Positions 59,539 through 64,000 of a stretch of 64,000 nucleotides of DNA are shown one piece after another (position 1 is the first letter of the stretch; each line of letters opens with the position of its first letter). The stretch covers positions 1-64,000 of the IMG/VR virus record IMGVR_UViG_3300013102_000005; one strand, written 5' to 3'. The notes beneath the pieces were generated by a model. That model searched no databases, was not told the origin of the DNA, and saw only the letters and a program-made list of their open reading frames with translations. A program made the position numbers and the translations under genes. The stretch is from a virus.

Positions 59539-59750
59539 AGTGCTCATGCCCTCTTGACGCCCGTTGCCGGGGAGGACTTACGACTGGGTCCCGCCATTGG
59601 GCCAGCCCACTCCGTTGGGCGACCCTGCCGAGGAGGTTGCCGGCAGGCGTATCAGCTGTGTGGGATGGTGGCCCTACGCTCTCCACACCCACGTATCCAG
59701 GCTATCCCTCCGCGAGGGCCGCCCTGGCACGGTGTTTCCAATCCCTCAGC

Positions 59751-60494
59751 TCAAGCGAACAAGTCGCCGCTCGGGCTGCGTTCGGCCTGGGCCCGGTCGC
59801 GCAGGTCGGCGCGATCGGCGATCAGGTCGATGCTGATTTGCTTAACGTTCTGCGCGGTGGACTGGCGCATCCGGCGATCAAACTCACCGTTGGCCACCTG
59901 GAACTCGCGCTCGATGATTTCGCAGTGCTTCAACTCGCCCGCGATACGGGCATCCGCACCGGTGATGACGTCTTCAAGGCCGCGCAGAGCCGCCTCCAGC
60001 GTTGCCGAGCCGCGCCACTCCTCCTCGTACTCGGGATTGAGCTGGGCCATGCGGCGATGGGCGTGCTTCACGTCCTTGAGCTTGATGGCGATACGCTGGA
60101 GGTCGGAGCGGTCCTGGTTCTGGCCCTGGAGGGCGACACCCACCTGCTGGGCCAGATACTCGTGGTAGCGGCTGGTGGACTCGGCGATGGTGTTGGCCAC
60201 CAGCCTGACGCGAAAGCTCTGGTTGTTCTCGGCAGCGTCGGCCAGGGGGTCGTCGCTGGTGCCGGACAGGTAGTCCAGAGGTACTGCGAACAGCTCGGCC
60301 ATGCCGATCATGTCCAGCAGCTTGGGCATGCGCTCACCGCTCTCCCAAAGACTGATCTGGGTAGCGTTTTCGTGTCCCAAGTGATGCGCAACTGCGTCCT
60401 GGCTCATGTCCGCCAATTTGCGGGCAGCGTAGATGCGGCAACCTATGATCTGGCGCAGCTTTGCGGCTCTTTCGGCAGCGGTCGGAATGGCCAT
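59751..60494 (-). CDS. XRE-family HTH repressor with coiled-coil C-terminus
   Basis: IYAARKLADMSQDAVAHHLG...ISLWESGERMP...FAVPLDYL. Confidence 0.85.
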   Translation of the reverse strand: MAIPTAAERAAKLRQIIGCRIYAARKLADMSQDAVAHHLGHENATQISLWESGERMPKLLDMIGMAELFAVPLDYLSGTSDDPLADAAENNQSFRVRLVANTIAESTSRYHEYLAQQVGVALQGQNQDRSDLQRIAIKLKDVKHAHRRMAQLNPEYEEEWRGSATLEAALRGLEDVITGADARIAGELKHCEIIEREFQVANGEFDRRMRQSTAQNVKQISIDLIADRADLRDRAQAERSPSGDLFA

Positions 60495-60524
60495 GGACGA
60501 CGTCTCTCATGGGGTGAATTTCTG

Positions 60525-60536
60525 TAGCAAATGATA
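60525..60536. promoter_or_regulatory. Operator TAGCA-AA-TGATA upstream of XRE gene
   Basis: Variant of repeated palindrome in AT-rich intergenic region. Confidence 0.65.
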
Positions 60537-60616
60537 GAAATATCACACCCTAACCGCAACGCAGTTCACGCTTTCCCTGTGAACTTATTCCCATTGACAG
60601 GATCGTTTCTGTCGAT

Positions 60617-61096
60617 CTAGGAAAACCGGATGATTTCGTCCACCTGCTGCTGTAGCCGCTGCTCGTCCAGCTGGTTGCGGTACACGTGCTTGAGGATGGC
60701 GTTGATGACGTCGGAGTAGATCGCCTGGGCCTGCTCTTCCTTGCAGTTGGCGTAGCTCAGGCTCGCGGCCTTGAGCCGCACCTTGCCGGTGATGTCATAG
60801 GTCGGCTCGTAGTGGCCGGCCATGATGATCAGGTCCTTGCGGAAGCGATCGATGCACGGCACCACCTGGCGGCCTCGGTACTCCATCGCGGCCAGGTTGT
60901 TCTCGCACCAGTGGTCATAGGCCACGCGGAACAGCACCATGGTTTTCTGGAGGAACTTGTAGTTGCGGACCTGCTTGACCTCGCAACGCACGCCAGCGCC
61001 GACCTTGAGCCTTTGCAGCTGCTCGATGCCCTCCTCGGTGGCCGGCCGTAGCGACCCGTCCATGGTCTTGACGAGGATGATCTCCAAGGCGCGCAC
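60617..61096 (-). CDS. DUF1367 (NinB-related) protein
   Basis: VRNYKFLQK...DRFRKDLIIMAGHY...SLSYAN. Confidence 0.8.
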   Translation of the reverse strand: MRALEIILVKTMDGSLRPATEEGIEQLQRLKVGAGVRCEVKQVRNYKFLQKTMVLFRVAYDHWCENNLAAMEYRGRQVVPCIDRFRKDLIIMAGHYEPTYDITGKVRLKAASLSYANCKEEQAQAIYSDVINAILKHVYRNQLDEQRLQQQVDEIIRFS

Positions 61097-61109
61097 TCCA
61101 GAGGGTGCG

Positions 61110-61388
61110 CTACTCCTCGGTGGCGTTGAGCCCCAGGATCTCGTGCACCCGTTGTTTCAGGGCTGGGAAGAGGTGCGGGGCGTCCCGGCGCTCGGCCTGC
61201 ATGATGCGGCGGCGCTCCAGACGATCCGGCTGGGACATGATGAAAGCGGTCAGGTAGTCCACCCGGAGCGCCTTTCCGATTTCGCAGTAGCGCGCCGACG
61301 GCGCATGGCAGCAGCGTGCTGCGCTCATGATGTGAGCGAGGTAAGGCGCGTGGGCCGCTTCCACCGGATCAGTCTCGAGATCGGTCAC
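61110..61388 (-). CDS. Hypothetical protein
   Basis: GTG start overlapping upstream stop. Confidence 0.5.
   Translation of the reverse strand: MTDLETDPVEAAHAPYLAHIMSAARCCHAPSARYCEIGKALRVDYLTAFIMSQPDRLERRRIMQAERRDAPHLFPALKQRVHEILGLNATEE
61237..61279 (-). promoter_or_regulatory. Late promoter element TCGGAAA-N30-CATCAT, internal to an ORF
   Basis: TTTCCGA 61273-61279; atgatg 61237-61242. Confidence 0.55.
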
Positions 61389-61849
61389 GCGCGAACTTCC
61401 TCGATGTCGTAGCCACCGCCGTCCGCCGCCTTGCGCGGATAGACCAGGTAGAACGCAAATGGGTAGCGCTGCGCGGCCCATTGCATTTTGACCTTGGAGT
61501 CCTCCTGGGTGATGGCGCGGGCGCCCTTGGTGTCGTGCATTTCCAGCTGGCCATCGGCGAGCATGACGGCGAAGTCCACCGTGAGGTGGCGATTGTTGGC
61601 GAGCTTGAACTTGATCGCCTCGAACGCCCACCAGAGGATCTCCCCCGCCTGCTTTCGCTGATCCAGGTACTGCGCGTAGGCCTCCTCGGTCTTGTTCATC
61701 ACGCCAGCCGGCAGGCGCCCCTTGGCGAACAGCTTCGCCTTGGGGTCCTTGGCCTTGGCCGACGACGGTTGGCCGGCCGAGGGCGGCGACTGACGGCCCT
61801 GGGCCAGGCGCCGCTCGCGGTCGATGACATCCTGGGCCGTCATGCGCAT
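61385..61849 (-). CDS. DUF1064-like endonuclease
   Basis: MNKTEEAY...FEAIKFKLA..TVDFAV..EMHDTKG. Confidence 0.75.
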   Translation of the reverse strand: MRMTAQDVIDRERRLAQGRQSPPSAGQPSSAKAKDPKAKLFAKGRLPAGVMNKTEEAYAQYLDQRKQAGEILWWAFEAIKFKLANNRHLTVDFAVMLADGQLEMHDTKGARAITQEDSKVKMQWAAQRYPFAFYLVYPRKAADGGGYDIEEVRA

Positions 61850-61851
61850 GG

Positions 61852-62292
61852 TCAGTCGTAGCTCGAGCTGGAGGAGCTGCTGGAGTCGCTGGAGCTGCTC
61901 GACCACGAGTCCGAGCCGCTGTAATGGCTATGACTGGAACTGGAGTGGTCGCTATGGCTCGGCGACTCACTACGCACCGGCTCGCAGCGCACCGGCTCGG
62001 GATCGGCAAGCCGCTTGCGCGGTTCGTCGTCCAGGGCCGCCAGCTGATTCGCCTGATTGTAGGGCGACAGCGGATTGAGCGGATGCAGTGGGCTGGCCAG
62101 CCCCATCGAGTCCGCCGGCGCGCTTTGGCTTTCGAAGCGGACAGTGCCGGCCGGCGCAGACTGCTGGCGTACCTCGGCACGCTTGGCAGCCACCCCCGGC
62201 GGCACCTGGCGCGGCTCGGTCAGCGGAGGGGCGCCGGTGGCGCGCGCTACGGTCCGAGCCTTGCGGTTGCTCCACCAGGTGCGCAGGCCCAT
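61852..62292 (-). CDS. Hypothetical protein with Ser-rich tail
   Basis: SPLHPLNPLSP repeat; poly-Ser C-terminus. Confidence 0.55.
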   Translation of the reverse strand: MGLRTWWSNRKARTVARATGAPPLTEPRQVPPGVAAKRAEVRQQSAPAGTVRFESQSAPADSMGLASPLHPLNPLSPYNQANQLAALDDEPRKRLADPEPVRCEPVRSESPSHSDHSSSSHSHYSGSDSWSSSSSDSSSSSSSSYD

Positions 62293-62756
62293 CAGTGCAG
62301 CCCCATGGCGCCAGTGGAGCCAAAGCCGCCCGCGCCACGCTCGGTCGCCGGCAGTTCGACGGGATCGACCTCGCCCAGAGTGGTCGGCAGGTAGCCCTGG
62401 AGCACGATCTGCGCGACCCGCTCGCCATGCTGGAGGGTAATCGGCTGATCCCCCAGGTTGATCAGCGCCACCTTGATCTCGCCGGTGTAGTCCTGATCGA
62501 TCAAGCCGGCGAGCACGTCCAACCCATGGCGGGTAGCCAGACCAGAACGCGGCCAGATGAAACCGGCGACGCCCAGAGGGAAGTGGATGGCGAAGCCAGT
62601 CGGCACCAGGGTGCGCTGGCCAGGCATGAGGGTGTGCTCACCGACCGCCGATAGGTCCAGACCGGCCGCGCCAGGGGTAGCATGCGACGGGCGCGGCAGG
62701 TTGTGCTCGCCGATGCGGACACAGGAGACGAGGTGACGGGTAGGCATGTCGATCAT
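62292..62756 (-). CDS. dut: dUTPase
   Basis: AAGLDL, PRSGLA, GLIDQDYTGEI, RVAQ, RGAGGFGSTG. Confidence 0.95.
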   Translation of the reverse strand: MIDMPTRHLVSCVRIGEHNLPRPSHATPGAAGLDLSAVGEHTLMPGQRTLVPTGFAIHFPLGVAGFIWPRSGLATRHGLDVLAGLIDQDYTGEIKVALINLGDQPITLQHGERVAQIVLQGYLPTTLGEVDPVELPATERGAGGFGSTGAMGLH

Positions 62757-63043
62757 GCTGGCTTGACCTTGCGTGTGGCCCGGCTGGGCTGGAGGGTATA
62801 GGTCTGCCCTTGGTCGAGATCCCATGGGGTCTCGCTCTGGCAGTCCACACAGATTTTCAGGCGCAAGCTGGGCAGCTGAACCATGCACTTTCCGAAACAG
62901 CGCGGACAGACCTTGGTGGTCGGCAGGTCCGCGCCGGCAGGCGCGGCGGTCCGGTGACGCGCCTGGCGCCACCGATTGGATTTGGGCTTGCTCCAGACCC
63001 AGGCCAGCGCGACGCTCACGGCGAGCAGGATGATCTGTTTCAT
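62753..63043 (-). CDS. Membrane-anchored zinc-ribbon protein
   Basis: N-terminal hydrophobic stretch; CPRC...CVDC. Confidence 0.55.
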   Translation of the reverse strand: MKQIILLAVSVALAWVWSKPKSNRWRQARHRTAAPAGADLPTTKVCPRCFGKCMVQLPSLRLKICVDCQSETPWDLDQGQTYTLQPSRATRKVKPA

Positions 63044-64000
63044 TCGCACAGTCCGTAGGCAGAGCTGCATGCCTTCCCATCGTCGGCGGCGGCCAGCAGG
63101 TCGAACTGGCGGCCCCCGCGCGCAGTCATCGACCACTCCACCATGCGCTCGATGCCATGCGTCTCATGAGCGATCAGGTCACTGGACAGTACCGTCGGGT
63201 CACCCACAGCCGGGAAGAACGTCGAGTTACCGCGCTTGCAGGCGATCGATACTGACCGCTCCCAGCGAGCCACCCGCTCGATCACTTCGGGGAAACGCCG
63301 GCTGATGTTGCTCAGCTCTTCCTTGCGAGTGTTAACGCACGGCATACAGCCCACGCGACCCATCCCCTCCTCGTACAGCGGGTTCCATTTGATGCCGTGC
63401 CGGCGGTGCATGTCGAACACGTCCGCAGCCGACCAGTGCAGCAGCGGCCGATAGTTGAACAGGCCGTTGCCGACTTCATCCTGGATTGGAAGCAGGCTTC
63501 GAGCGCGGGACTCATCGGCACGAACGCCTTGCCAGCTGTAGACGTCGGCGGTGGTGTGCAGCGCCAGCAGAGGCTCGAATACCTGCCGCTGCATGGGGAA
63601 GACCTTGAGCTCCTGAGTGCAGAACCTGGTCTTGGTCCCAGGGAATCGGCCGCGCCACAGGCAGAGGTCCAGGAACGGGATACCCGTGGGTTGCAGCATG
63701 GCAATCGCGGCGGCACATACCTCATCGGCCTCGCCGGCCGTCAGCGGCCGCACGGCGCGTCGCGCCGGCATCCAGCTCCAGCACATGAAATCGTGGGGAC
63801 CATAGACATGCACTGGTGAGCGGGTAGGCATCGGCACCGCTGGAGGGAAGTCGCTTTCGCTGTCGCAGCCCTCCAAGTCATTGCGATACCAATGGCCAGG
63901 CACCTCGGGTACGCCCGCCATCAACTCGGCCGGCCAGCGCTTGGCGATGTACTCGCGCTTGTGCGCCATCTGGCTGGTGAAGTCCGCGCGGATCCGCCGG
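63040..64000 (-). CDS. Phage PAPS-reductase-family protein (starts beyond window end)
   Basis: FCTQELK, WQGVRADES, RPLLHW, NPLY..GMGRVGCMPC, CSSAYGLCE; frame open to 64000. Confidence 0.85.
   Translation of the reverse strand, partial: RRIRADFTSQMAHKREYIAKRWPAELMAGVPEVPGHWYRNDLEGCDSESDFPPAVPMPTRSPVHVYGPHDFMCWSWMPARRAVRPLTAGEADEVCAAAIAMLQPTGIPFLDLCLWRGRFPGTKTRFCTQELKVFPMQRQVFEPLLALHTTADVYSWQGVRADESRARSLLPIQDEVGNGLFNYRPLLHWSAADVFDMHRRHGIKWNPLYEEGMGRVGCMPCVNTRKEELSNISRRFPEVIERVARWERSVSIACKRGNSTFFPAVGDPTVLSSDLIAHETHGIERMVEWSMTARGGRQFDLLAAADDGKACSSAYGLCE

Noticed and set aside
62853-62895. TCGGAAA-N30-GAAAAT upstream of dut
   Set aside because: First base of the hexamer breaks the consensus; weak candidate only

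Overview
The whole window is a segment of a high-GC, P1-like temperate myophage (prophage or phage-plasmid; probably a Pseudomonas host). No host genes, integrase, replicon or lysis genes are visible. Almost all genes are on the minus strand. 1-34.3 kb is the late/virion region: major capsid (partial), a capsid-internal anti-restriction cluster (LPD3 polyvalent protein, DdrB-like zincin, iPPase-DarA fusion, Hdf-like), baseplate, tail fibre, SGNH esterase, tape measure with lytic transglycosylase, prohead protease, portal and large terminase. 35.9-64 kb holds early operons with ParB-like, DUF3268, DUF2786, ASCH, RtcB, SNF2, DUF1643, a displaced small terminase, a tandem RNAP alpha-CTD-like protein, an XRE repressor, dUTPase and a PAPS-reductase-like gene. 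AT-rich cargo genes (HEPN/DUF4209, FRG plus membrane protein, GNAT) are inserted. Features read directly from the DNA: (1) 12 copies of a promoter-like element, YSGGAAA-N30-YANNNT, with an invariant 30-nt spacer, lying upstream of late transcription units; (2) a palindromic operator TAKCA-N2-TGMTA at early promoters, three of which also share a conserved 5' leader; (3) a structured-RNA region at 57.9-59.75 kb containing two non-canonical tRNA-like RNAs; (4) a HEPN gene that appears to have replaced the middle of a polyvalent methyltransferase gene; (5) shared N-terminal tags and recurring LD[S/A/G] motifs in head proteins. Family calls come from motif recognition only; no searches were run.
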